A stretch of DNA of 63,349 bases, the filler included, from Choristocarpus tenellus KU-1152 (Eukaryota; Protista; Phaeophyceae): assembly GCA_964200185.2 (NCBI GenBank). It is 10 parts of 10 records of this genome, joined end to end, with 100 filler letters (N's around TTAATTAATTAA, not from the genome) between each part and the next. Parts side by side here need not be neighbours in the genome. Positions count along the whole stretch, not along the records: positions 1 to 5,668 come from CAXNAD020010079.1; positions 5,769 to 16,551 come from CAXNAD020002711.1; 8 more parts are not named here. One strand, written 5' to 3'. The position numbers and the translations under genes are program-made. A model generated the notes under the pieces. It saw nothing but the letters and a program-made list of their open reading frames with translations, was not told the DNA's origin and searched no databases. The stretch's first letter is position 1, and each line of letters begins with the position of its first letter. Below, piece after piece: positions 1 through 12,064 of this stretch.

Positions 1-974
1 GAGACATTCATGGTAACAAGGCCAAGTATAAGATGAATTCAAGACAGGAGAGAGTACAGAGGGGTTTGGGGTAGGGGGGGGGGAGAGCTGTCTTGAATTG
101 TGCTTCTGGTTTGCCCCAGCCATACTTGACCTCAACAACCAAACTGATGTATTGAAGGTTTTAGTACATTTCATGTGATGGAGGGAGTGAGCAGCATAAG
201 TTTTTGTATTTTGAAGGGATAGATTAACACAACTCGCTGCGAAGGTGGTCAATACTTAAGAAGGGGAGGAATGTGTACTCAAAAAAGAGGGTTGGCCATT
301 CCGTAAGCTACTATCATACTGACTCAAGAGCCACAGACATGCTGGTGTATGTGTAGTCGGTTAAGTAAGATACAGCTCAAAACAACACAGTAAAATTAAA
401 AAATTAAAATATGGATGGAGCAGGTAAAGAAGTCAAAAAAAGAGTCGTACATGAAAATGACCCAACGAAGGACACCCTTTCTCCTATAATCTACGAAGAT
501 AATCTACGAGATTAACTGTGAGGTAAGGTTAAGTGGATGAAGTTGAGGGCATCCCTCACCATCTGCTTCCAAAGGTATTCATCACACATCCATGCACTAC
601 AACATGAGCATACTCTAATATATATCATGTTGCGGAACATGAGTCAATAGGGTGACTCTGTGATTTCTACCCAACGAAATTTCTTTGTAGAGGCATAACA
701 CACCCCTCCTTTGCAGTTAAAGTATTCCAATTGTAGGCAGAGGAGCAAACCATGCTAGACATATGGAGGATATTAGATAAAGTAGGATCTGGACTTGAGT
801 ATACAATACCCCTGCCATCCCCAATACCCTCCCCTCTACAACCCACTAAACGCTGCCAGCAATTTCATGGAAATCCAATTTGACATTAGGAGCACATCTG
901 TTGCATATCATTATGTGTCCATTCCTAACCACTTTTCCCCTTGCAATCCTCCCCCCCCCCCACATAATTCTTAC

Positions 975-2377
975 CTGAGCCTGCAATTTGATCTTGAATA
1001 GATCTACCGGGGCCTCTACAATGCTGATAGGGATAGCCGCGAGTGACCCAGCAGCGTAGTACTGCCAGACTGTCATCTCCTTGCCCCCACTCACAATCTG
1101 TGCACAGCAGTAATTTGTTCGAAGTTCTTGATCAGTAACAGGAATAGTAGAGTGATGGTTTGCTGGTTAAGAATGCTATGTAGTGTTAATTAGCTTTGGG
1201 GTGACACAATAATACAGCATTGGTTCTTGTCTTTTTATCGCTGCGGACTGCTTGATTTGTCTATGGACTACACAACAAAAAGTAAAGAAACCGTCACCTT
1301 TCCTTACTTGACTAGAGAAAAATGCGGTATATATGTTGTAGGAATAGGTAAATTCATTAAAAATACACTTGACCAACCGGCCATAACAACAAAAACAGAA
1401 GCGAGGGGCAATCTTGTTCATGACTCGATTCCTGACAAACCACAAAAGAGGCAAGATTTGCACTGCACAGGTATGTACCCCCACTATACAAAACAGCGAA
1501 ACACATTAGAGTTTGTCTCATCGTACATCTTTCGCCATCCCGTAGCTGAAAAAGACACCAGCATTGTGTGCCATGGCGCCGATGAGAGGAGACGCAGCAC
1601 CTGCGTAGAGTCCCATTGGTCCTTCCCGTGCCATCGTCTTTCGGAAGCAGTCAGCCATACCGCTATACTCGGGGTTTGTGTTTGACTGCGTCTGGAGTCG
1701 GACCTTTACGGTATCCAGTGGATGACCTTGGGAGATAATAGACAGAAATGACGTTGAGGGCGAGGTATGAAGTGGGGTGGCAAAGACATCATACATGACA
1801 AAGCACTGGGTTGGATGAAGTACTGTCTAGGTCGCGACGCGAGCGATTGCTGACAATATACCTGGCACTTAACTCGCATGATAAGGGGGTCTCGGTCTCG
1901 TGGGGCAAACGAAATTCAGTCCACCATATCGGCTAGAGGACCAAAGAAAGATAAGTGAATGATATTAGCCACGATAGGAATGGGACTATCAAGAATTGAG
2001 AATAACTGAGACTTGGAGATTCATGTAGATGAGATCCGCAAAATATTTCCAAAGCTCAAGACAGATGTGTACGACCGTCCTATGTTATCCTAATGATGGA
2101 CCCACACATGAGAGTGGAGCGTAGACATGAGATGTGCAGATATAGGATGTTGCATGCAAATGGAAACGCAAACTCTCGCAAGTGACTGCTCTCCGAGATA
2201 ATCAAGTCACAAAGCTACGAAACCACAAACCATTTTCATGTGAATCCTATCAAGCCCGTGCGCAAGAGGATCAGATCGGTCCAAACAAAGCTCACCCACA
2301 GCGACTTGAGCGAAACCAGCCACGGTACCCGAAAGGATGTCCTTCATGGGATTACCGGATCCTCCTCCTCCACCCAT
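975..2377 (-). CDS. Mitochondrial carrier (SLC25), carnitine/basic amino acid/BOU-like subgroup; first 3 exons, 3' part not located
   Basis: Exons 2377-2296, 1726-1527 and 1097-975 have GT-AG borders and join in frame: [41 protein letters not shown]...EGPMGLYAG...EAPVDLFKIKLQAQ. Two Px[DE]xx[KR]x[KR] carrier signatures are present. The third carrier repeat is missing, so the gene probably runs off the window start. Confidence 0.93.
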
Positions 2378-3113
2378 CTTTCCAGATATGCCTTACACGG
2401 AAGTGGGCTCGATTGTGTGATGAGGCAGTCCTTGTCCCTGAGATAGTGAGAAGTAGGGTTTTCTGCTTTGAGGTGATATGAGGGTGGAGGTGGTGTGGGG
2501 TGACTCTAGCTAGGACGACTAGTTCTCTATTGAAACATATGTTGATATGTTGGACACGTCATACGGTTATACGTAGTGTAAGAACTTTTGTCCCGCTGAA
2601 GGGTCCAAACATAAAAACAAATAATATATGCTATTTATTTAGGGATACTGAAAATCACAAGAAATATAGTCCAATCAATACTACTTATTACTAATAATAA
2701 TATTTATGCGTATTATATTGTGTAGTATCTCTCCTAACAAGTCCAACCAATTTGAGAAGAATATGAATATAAATATACTCTATCTACAACCTCCAAAAAA
2801 ATAAAATGTGCATTGAATGAATTCACCAACGTTTCTTCTTCTCAACTTCTTCAACCAGCTGGCTCTCTCCGCAGACCTGTTTACGAGCCACTCCAAAGTA
2901 CCGACTCCAACTACTGAGAAAAGTTGAAGTTCGTGTGGGATGAAAAAGGAGCCCTTCAGTTGCTTCTTTCCCCTTTCACCCCTCTTGTCTCGCGCCTGAA
3001 TAGTCGGGGAGTCTCAAACTCTCACTGGTCGCAACTCCAACCTTCCCTAGGTCTCAGACAACCTTCCAAGTTGAACTGAGATACACACGAAGTGGACAAG
3101 AAGAGGGAGGACT
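2378..3113. promoter_or_regulatory. Putative bidirectional promoter and 5' UTRs between the carrier and the GcvR-like gene
   Basis: 736 bp separate two divergent ATGs on one contig, with an AT-rich core at about 2600-2820 and no recognisable repeat insertion. Promoter function is inferred from geometry only. Confidence 0.55.
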
Positions 3114-5244
3114 ATGTTCTTTGCTCGGGCAACAAATGTCATTTCTCGAATCAGCGTTCGTCAGTCTTTTGGGTGGCCACAGCGATGGATGACCACCTCT
3201 CCATACCAGCATTACATCCTGAATGCCTTTGGTCCTGATCGTGTAGGCATCGTCTCAGAACTCAGCAAGGTCGTGCTTGGTGAGAGGTTCACAGAATCAG
3301 CAAGTTTTGCACTGTTCGTATTGACAACACCTTCCTTGTCCATCTACAAGGGACTCACCTCCACGCGCGTAGTTGCCAAATGAAACGTTCAATAATGTAC
3401 TATGTGATATTCCACGCGCATGCGCAATCTGATCTCTATGACTTTGTTGTACACTTCTGGCACACGCACACTGTTCCCTTCCCTCTCCCTATACTAGCTA
3501 GAGGACCTAATATTATCACTTTACCCTCCTTGGACGATACCCTGATTGCCCTGGTTGCCAAGAAAATGGCGGCAACATTGCTGAAAGTCGAATGGTCCGT
3601 ATGGGTGGAGACTTCGCCGTGATTATGCGACTGAGCATGCCGAAGGAGGTCAAGGTCAGTACATCAAGAGTATCAGCTATCCTTGAGGTTTTTTATAACT
3701 GAAATACTCGATCCTTGTCACTCTTCTGAGCAGGGTGATCTGCAAGAGAAGCTGAAGGACGTGAGCAACACGAGCATGTCTCTCCACAAGACTTCACCTG
3801 AAGAGTTCGCCAAAACCTCTACCCCTTCTTTCTTGGCCAACTTTGAACTGGAGGGAGCAGATAATCCGGGACTAATCTACCAGGTTACAACATTCTTTGC
3901 AGACAGAGGGTGCCGAGTGGACAAGCTTAGTTCTGAGACGAGGTGGGTGCAAGGCACTGATCGTTTATATAGGATGGATTGTGTAGTGCAGCAAATCATA
4001 AGCCCTGCCTTTTTGTGTTGGTAAGAAGGTGTGCTATGTAGCAAATGAATACTTGTGTATAGAAGTACATATATTAATAGAGCTCTCTAAACGTTACAGT
4101 TAGCTCGATTTGAGAGTTCTCTGAAAGAGATCAGACTTCTGGTTTCGTTAGTCATTATCACTATACGCCACATATTCTCAAGAACCAAGATAAATTTCGA
4201 CGGAATACAGTCATGCTCTGAGTGCACGTAATTGACACTCAATAAACATTGTTGAACAAGTAGACTAGACAAGAAGACAGTGGCAAGTCATATATTTTTA
4301 AAGGGGTACTCACTGGATTCCTCCCCCATAGAACGTAGGACCTATATCAAGACTGGCACATGTTATAATCGGTATCACACACTTCCAGGTGCACTCACGA
4401 CCATCCTTGTTTGTATTTGTTACTATGCACGTTTCGTTGGATGGGGAGAAGGGGAGCACCCTTTGGCGGTACTACCCTCTTTATCATGAAAGGAATGGTA
4501 GCGAGCGATGAAGCAATTGACCTGCCAACACTCGAGACAAGTTTCAAGGAACTCGAGGTAACTATCCCCCACCACGTCTCAAGATAACCTGACTGCTTCA
4601 TTCATTATTAAAAAAGGAATAGAAAATATGTGTTGCTTCTCTATTGCCTTTTCCTCTTGAGTGCACTAACCCCAAGTTTTGTCCCATGCCACTGAGTCCG
4701 CATAAACATTCAGAACTCCCTCAACACAATGCTGTCAACGTAGGTTTCCATGAAGTAGGATACAACAATAACAAAGTTTGGTTTAGCTTCGTGGTGTTTA
4801 AAGTGAACTTGTAGATATTAAAGATGCACCAGTTCCGTTATCTGATTGTACGGAGCTGCCTATAATAATGATCAATACGGAGTACATACTCACAATAGGC
4901 GAGGAAGCGTGCACACCCTGGCACTCTTTCTGGGATTGACTACGACTATAATTGAAGAATAAGGAGTGTCAATGCGATAACCTGAAATGCATTGCTCCCT
5001 GCAACCTTCACGTGGCGTTTGTACATATGAGCTCATATGTAGCCAATGAATACTACCCATACACAACTTGCAATCGGGATTGAATTTTCATGGGGACTTG
5101 GTTGTAACCTACCACTGTGCCATTGCAGATTTGTTTATAGTATATCTCTTTCTTGCTGTCCCTTGCCTTCCACACCTACAATAGGCAAATCTAGGTGTTG
5201 ACCTTCGCCTATCAACAGTTGAAGATCCCCTTGCTGCTCACTAA
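3114..5244 (+). CDS. gcvR: GcvR-like tandem ACT-domain protein with probable mitochondrial presequence, 5 exons, 210 aa
   Basis: Exons 3114-3279, 3563-3654, 3734-3942, 4452-4557 and 5185-5244 have GT-AG borders, consistent phases and total 633 nt. ACT1 reads YILNAFGPDRVGIVSELSKVVLENGGNIAESRMVRMGGDFAVIMRLS. ACT2 reads FELEGADNPGLIYQVTTFFADRGCRVDKLSSETRGAPFGGTTLF. Both match the GcvR pattern (GxDRxGIV...NIxxSR; DxPGL). Confidence 0.88.
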
Positions 5245-5609
5245 GGCAAGGGTGCCGCAATCACCACATTGTTGCTTGTGTGGACAGTGTGGTAGGATTC
5301 GTGATTTTTGCCATCCTCTACGAGGGGTTAATGATGAGTGCCTTTCCAGGCGGTGTGAAGGGAATGCAGGTCTGCCCCTCACCTTGAATATCATACATGT
5401 ATAATGTTGACAGAAATTATCGACCTTGCTCTCCTGAAGGACCTCTGTCATGTCATGTACCACTTTCATCCTGAGAACAAGAAATAGCATCCACATCTAG
5501 TTGAATACTCACACTCGACCAGACCCAGGTAGAGAATGAATTATCTTGAGATGCATGCGACAGGTCCATCATGTTGTGGGCAATAACTCGTAGCCAGCTG
5601 GATTGGTCT

Positions 5610-5668
5610 GAGCGAAAGTATCTTAGAGGGTAGAGCCGCGTCCATTTGGGGACACAACCCAATGTTGC
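5610..5668. mobile_element. MITE family A, left end, cut by the spacer
   Basis: GAGCGAAAGTATCTTAGAGGGTAGAGCC matches the termini of the copies at 7416 and 29185. Confidence 0.75.
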
Positions 5669-5768
5669 NNNNNNNNNNNNNNNNNNNNNNNNNNNNNNNN
5701 NNNNNNNNNNNNTTAATTAATTAANNNNNNNNNNNNNNNNNNNNNNNNNNNNNNNNNNNNNNNNNNNN
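5669..5768. other. Artificial 100-bp contig spacer (also 16552-16651, 19992-20091, 24643-24742, 32924-33023, 39668-39767, 49804-49903, 55377-55476, 58353-58452)
   Basis: 44 N + TTAATTAATTAA + 44 N, identical nine times. The 12-mer is a palindrome that puts stop codons in all six frames. Confidence 0.98.
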
Positions 5769-5841
5769 TGCACTTTTCCGGATTTTGGTCCAAATGGACA
5801 CCCTGGTGTAGACCCCTCCCCCCTCCCAGATACTTTGGGTC
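5769..5841. mobile_element. MITE family B, one end, cut by the spacer
   Basis: TTTTGGTCCAAATGGACACCCTGGTGTAGAC...CAGATACTTTGGGTC is shared with the copies at 16323, 32840, 33623 and 53466. Confidence 0.8.
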
Positions 5842-7415
5842 AATTTACATTTAACCCAGTCCCTTCCTTACCCAATACGTCGCTTCCTTTTCCGTGCCAA
5901 ACAAATATTTACACCCACCCACACAAATTTACTGTATACTCTATCCCAAGTTTACCCAAAATGTGGAGGGACTCTCCTGTTCCTCCTCCCTAATTTCACA
6001 TTGTGGCACACTCCATTCCAAAACACTAGATTTCTAAACTGCCCTTTCCAGCCTGAAGACGACTTACTCGTCACAAGTCACACCCAAATTTTCGTACAAT
6101 ATACAATCCACTTGAGTGTCAAGTGCTAGGGTCCCACCTGTCCCTATTCAAACATCATAATCTACCCTCTGGCTTTATTCCACACTAGTTAGTAACTTTC
6201 CTACACAACAATACCGCCCTTTCCACCCCCCACACGATCTACCTAACACATTACACAACCGCACAACTTTGCTGTATATGCACCCTCTAAATGATGATAA
6301 TCTAGAAACCCTTTAGCTCTACTGTTGCTACATCACACTGCACTCTCAACTCTAGTTTCGTATTACTCAGCCCTTTCTCAATACAACGGAACCTTTTCCG
6401 CCGATCGGATGTACCCATTACTCTACAACTAGGCAAATCAATGTCAGGTGCACGCCCCTTCAAGTTTAATGTCCTAGGGGAAGGTATTGTCTCTCCTCAG
6501 ACATTTATAAGGGCAGTAAACCCAGAAGGTCGTATGAGTGTATGGTTGGCGACTTAAAGAGCATAGACAAGTGGTGTTTCAAGGAAGCTGTGATAGCTGA
6601 CGTACATTATACTGAAGCAGCAGCTTAGGCACCCAAAGCAGATTAGGGTACTTACACACACCACCACTGAATATTGCTTTTTTCTTATTGTCTATCTCTC
6701 TCTCTGGGTTGATTCTCCTTGTGTCCTTCTTTCCTTTGTGTGATACCTGATGAAATGATGTCTCGAAATGGATGGGCGTGGTGAGTCAAACCAACTGAGA
6801 GGTATGCAGGGTTGCATTTTAAGGATATTGAGAAAGGGCAAAAAGTGTCGTTTTGTACAAATACAAAGAGAGTCTTTGCTGAACTGTGGTGTCAGGTTGT
6901 ACGTGTAAAGGGGGAATATCAATTTTGCCTACACTGCTGTTCACATAAAGCAACGAAATAGAGTGTATTGCACAGGGCGAGAAAGATGACTTGGAATGCA
7001 AAAGGGTGAGGGTCCAATCCTGCCTCGTTCTCAATTTGTTTGGCTCCGGAGTGGCATAGGCTTTAATTTGTCCCCCTGTTTTCCTATACGACCTGGTGAT
7101 ATGTGACGATATTGTTGATATCCCAAGTAGTGGGTGTTCACGCATCATACCTGGATTTATTTCCGTGACCCTTCTTAGCAAGTTCTGTTGCTTTTTTTTT
7201 ATCCTTTCACTTTTTTTTTTCTTCACTCCCTTATATATCATTCGTACCCTCAAGTAATTTGTTTTGCTTTCCCTAGACTACCTTTCTGACCACGAGTCTG
7301 AAACCCCCTTCACGCAATAATGCGAACACAGCGATGTGAAAATAATAAGGTGGATGAATACTACACCAGACTCACCTATTACATCTTCCACCCAAATTTA
7401 ATCTCATGACTCAGT

Positions 7416-7673
7416 GAGTCAAATTATCTTAGAGGGTATAGTTGCGTCCATTTGGCGACCAAAATCCAACTTTCCGATTTGGAGGAAATTTTGGCTATCA
7501 AGTTTGTTACGAAATGTAAATATCATTGTTCTGGACACACCTTTTCATTACATACACATTTTACCTACTCCGAAACATTTTGGAGTAGGCAAATGTCATT
7601 AAAAACTCGTTAGAAGCCAACCCCCAAATGGACAAATAGGGAAAAGGTCGTACCCTCTAAGATACTTTCAATC
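7416..7673. mobile_element. MITE family A, full length (about 258 bp)
   Basis: Terminal inverted repeats GAGTCAAATTATCTTAGAGGGTA / TACCCTCTAAGATACTTTCAATC. The interior matches 20092-20306 and, in reverse, 29185-29441. Confidence 0.88.
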
Positions 7674-8116
7674 AATCTGTTATACAATACTATGTTGCCT
7701 TTTCAACCTTGAACATGTGATTTATTCATACCAAGTAAATTTACTCATTCACATTTTCTCCTTTCAAGTACCCAAGTGGTAGCGACTAAACTGTCTACTT
7801 GAACACCATATCGCACCCGCCCCCCCCACTTATAATTTATTTTTACCAAGTCCTTTCCCTAACAACTATGCTGCTCTAACCATGCTACGCACTTCTAATC
7901 TCTCCTCATTCTTTAAGACGCACATACCCGTGCAAAATCACTACACATAGTATGAAGTTATAATGCAGATAGTTGATAAGTAGTCCAGTTATTGCATTTC
8001 GAGAGGTTACGATTATCAGCTGTGTTAGAACTTCCTCGGTTTTTAGATAACGCATGTAAAATAATGTAGAGGTACAAGTACTGACCCCCCAATATCAAAC
8101 ACCTTGACTGTATTGT

Positions 8117-9093
8117 TATGTTTTTTTGTGAATATTATGAGATTCAGAAATAACAAGTAATCATAATATTATTATGCCCATTGACATTTTGCAGATGTGT
8201 CAGGGGGAAAACAAAAAAAACTATACATATGTCACTATAAGCCTTAAAGAGATGAAATATCCTAAACGTGAGAACACACAAAGCACTGTAAGTATGAAAA
8301 CCACTAATCTATCTGTTACTTCACCACTATCAATATTGTACTACTGTCTTCCAGTGCTTCCCATCTACCTACTCCTGTGCCCCGGGGGGGGGGGAGCTAG
8401 GGAGGCTATATCGTTCGATACCAACAACTTCGGTTTGCGCATAGATATCTTAAAAATATTTTTTCATTTCGAAATAGCTAAGAAACAACTTTCGGAACAC
8501 AAACGCATTTTTTCAGGAAATGGCAGATTTAGCAAAACAGCAAAACTGATCAATAATGGCTGGGAATGATGTTTGATTGGTCATAACGTCTCAACGAGAC
8601 CTCCAATAATGAAGACACGGTTAGTTGCGTTGGATTCCTTGGCGTTTTTGCATTAAAGTATTTACTCGTAACTCTCATTCTCTCCCTCAATCCACCAAGT
8701 TGTGGCCTTGTTGTACGCGTCTGTCAATGGGGATCAAGTGATCCAGAACGTCCTCAGTCAGGAGGAAATGAGAGTGACGAGTAAGTAAGTTAATGCAAAA
8801 ACGCCAAGGAATCCAACGCAACTAAGCGTGTCTTCATTGGAGGTCTCGTTGAGACGTTATGGTTGATCAACCATCATTTCCAGCCATTGTTGGCTGATTT
8901 TGCTGTTTTTGCTAAATCTGCTATTTAGGAAAAAAAAAAGGTTTGTTGGGGGTGGTTTCTGTACTATTTCGAAACGAAAAAATAATTTGAAGATATCTAT
9001 GTGCAAGGAAGGTGAAGTTGTTTACTTTCGAACGATATTATTTTTTATTTCTGAATCTCACATTATTTGAAAAGGTTATTCACAAAAACCATA
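8117..9093. mobile_element. Foldback element with long inverted arms
   Basis: Arms of about 280 bp at 8408-8686 and about 8760-9038 (ATATCGTTCGA...TCGAACGATAT). An outer inverted pair lies at 8117-8153 and 9046-9093 (TGAGATTCAGAAATAA / TTATTTCTGAATCTCA). Confidence 0.85.
8166..8295 (-). mobile_element. Short interspersed repeat, SINE- or LINE-3'-end-like, with hairpin and (TAA)n tail
   Basis: TATTATTATGCCC..TGACATTTTGCAGATGTGTCAGGGGGAAAAC...ATATCCTAAAC recurs at 11236-11360 and, in reverse, at 24960-25080. Confidence 0.65.
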
Positions 9094-9597
9094 GGGAGTA
9101 CGATTTCAAAATCACGAGGTCATCACTATGAATTTATTAGATCTAAGCAAGTTCGCTGTTCCCTCTTTTTGTCCACATTATTATGCACCGTATAACATGC
9201 ATAGAACATTGGCACTTTGTATGTCGCTTCTCCTCCCCCCCCATGATAACATCTTCTACAAAAAGTGTCAGTTACCATGAAATAGTATGTAGTGTTAGAC
9301 GTTTCGAAAGTTGGGCAGTCCTTTCTTCTTTGGTTAGTAGTCAGGGACATCTACATACGTAGGGGCCATATACCAGACAATACACAATTGCAGTCACCGA
9401 AAGTTCAATTGGGAAGACAACGTCTATGCTTGCTTGGCAGATTGTGACCAGTAAAGAAAGGTTGGTACTAGTCCTTTTTCCAAGAGGAATCCCGCTGTCA
9501 TTACCACTTCCCACACCTGTTCGTCTCTTGAAAGAAGTTATCCAAACAATAGGCGTTGGCTCCAATCAATAGTACACATAGTCGTTGATAAATACGT

Positions 9598-9639
<42 letters not shown>

Positions 9640-9718
9640 GTAAGGTAGTTACCAAGTTATCAAAGGTGGTGTATCTACACACACTACTATTTGTACTACT
9701 ACTTCTTGTCGATCAGAT

Positions 9719-9885
9719 TGAATGGTTTATGGACTGGTAGGTGATTTTTGTATGGATGTAAGGGGATGGCGCAGTGAATGGTGTACGTATGGATCAGGTG
9801 ATGTTTTTTTGCATGCATTTGGGAAGGGATGGTGTAGTGAATGGTGCACGTATGGACCAGGTAATGCCTTTTGCATGGAAGGGAC
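9719..9885. repeat. Degenerate tandem repeat, about 60-bp unit, about 2.5 copies
   Basis: TGAATGGTGYACGTATGGAYCAGGTRATG..TTTGCATG recurs at about 9719, 9775 and 9838. Confidence 0.65.
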
Positions 9886-10965
9886 AGCCGATTGAACCCT
9901 TCTCTTTTCCCATGATTAAGGTTTGACAATCCAAATCAATCCTAAGCATGAGCACAGGCACCCACTCTCTCAAAAAATGCTTGAGATAAATGGATGAAGC
10001 AATTTCCACCCAATGGGAGGGTGTTTCTGGGTAGCAGTCGTATGCCTGGGCGGTGAGTGGAATTTTCTATTGGTGTGTACCTGGTAATTTAATACTTTAC
10101 CACCACCAGTTCTTACACCATCAGATATAATATGTATGGGTTGAAGAGGTCTGTAGAAAACTATCAGAAATTAACAAAAGTCCTTGAAATATTGTTGTTA
10201 ATGATGAATTTGTTTATACTTCCTAAGTTCATGGTCGTACCTCCTTCTAAGTACTCACAAACACCAATACATACATACTGCTTATTCTACAATTCGTATC
10301 ACGCACCTACTGAGATAGGTTTCACACATTAATTGGGGCGGTGGTGCTGATTCTACCATGGATTTGTTTACTTTGTAGTTACGAGTTTCGCCTTTCAAAC
10401 TTATCAGATCAATGGGAAACTACATATATATATATATATATATATAATTGGTAGGTAGTTCCTGTTCATAGTTATAATAATACATCAAGAGTGCCATCCT
10501 TTATTTAGTCAATATAGAGCATTGTGAAAAACCAAGATAGAGTCGTTCTACATCTTGATGTATCTTAAACTATTTCGAAGACGATGGTGCCTTACATACT
10601 TCATAATTTCAAGGGTCGTAGTACATCTCACTTCTAACCATCGTTTCATGTCATGGTTCAAGGACTTGTATATATTCTTGTTCTATATATTTTCTTCGCA
10701 GATAGAAATTTGCTGCTTGGACATAAAAAAAACCAAGAGACGAAGTCAGCCATCTCCTATACTCAAATCACTCCTATGTTGTTCAAGGAAGAAGAAGGTG
10801 AAACCTACATCAAAATGAAGAATAGTTGTCGAAGTTTTCCCATTCTCAAAATCTACTTCGAACTATGACAAAAAAATATGTACCTTTCCCAAACAAAGAA
10901 GAGAAAAAAGGAAGAACAAGAGGGAGAATCTGAAAAAAATAGAGAAAGATATTGTAGTTACTATT

Positions 10966-11585
10966 ATCTGCAAAATGTCAGAGGGCATAATAATAAAATT
11001 TATAATACAATATACGGTATATTTTTAGGGTTAGGTATTATGTTTCTCGGTATAATGTGATAAATCTTGGAGTAGAAACCGTTGAGGATATTTATAAAAA
11101 ATATTTTATTATTATGCCCTCTGACACATGTCAGAGATCAATTAAAAGGTATAAATTATAGGTATTGTCTTACAGTATTCTTATGTTTAGGACATTTTAT
11201 ATACATATATATATATATATTTGAATAATTTTATTTATTATTAGGCCCTTTGACATGTTGCAGATGTGTCAGGTGGGAAACCAATGAAAACTATATAAAT
11301 GTCGTTGTTAGCCCTAAAGAAATAAAATATCCTAAACATAAGAACAGAACACTATAAAACATTGTGTGATTTTATTATTTTCCTTAATACATCTCCAGAA
11401 TGTCACAGAGCATACGAATAAATGTTATGTAAAGTGATATTTTTTGGGGATAGTATATGTATTTACCATCCACAACAAAATATTTTTTTATTACTATCCA
11501 CTCTAATCACCTCTAATTTATATATTATCCCCTCTGATTTTATTATTTTATTATTATGCCCTCTGACATTTTGCAGATGTGTCGG
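10966..11585. repeat. Cluster of at least 5 fragments of the SINE-like hairpin repeat, in both orientations
   Basis: The TATTATGCCCTCTGACA motif or its reverse complement occurs at about 10966, 11107, 11236, 11390 and 11548. Confidence 0.7.
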
Positions 11586-12064
11586 AAAATCAATCTGTGT
11601 TTGGGGAAAATATCATCATACCGTCAAAGGACCCCAACTGACTGAAGTTGGAAATTTCTTCGTTATCTTTATTGGTGTCTTCATCTCAACTGTCGGATGA
11701 ATGAAGACAAGAAATCCCCAAGGGCGCTCTTTCGTTCTGCCTTCCGAATTTTTGTTGGGGGCCCCACAGACATTTTATTTATGACTTGGGATAGTTGTAT
11801 TTATTACTGCAGTGACACATACATTTTTTCCACAAAGGTTAAAGTCCAAAAGTTCGTATGGTGGTGAATTTGCATCATTATAACCGAATATTATATTGAA
11901 AATATATAAGAATAAACATTCTGGATCTCCTGCAAAAGGTTAAAGAAACCTGCCCATGGAGACCTCTGGTAAATCTGAAGAGGTCACATAGAATGCGTTA
12001 CTTTGAAATTTGAGAAATCTCTCACCTCCTTGTAACATTGCAACCCACAATCACTGTTGCAAGG

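Noticed and set aside
4899-4955. Alternative last exon for the GcvR-like gene (ARKRAHPGTLSGIDYDYN*)
   Set aside because: It is in frame after an AG but lacks a pyrimidine tract and does not resemble the last ACT strand. The 5185-5244 exon (ANLGVDLRL) fits better.
8166-8295. Hammerhead ribozyme in the hairpin repeat
   Set aside because: CTGACAT does not match the required CUGANGA core, and the three-stem topology is not evident.
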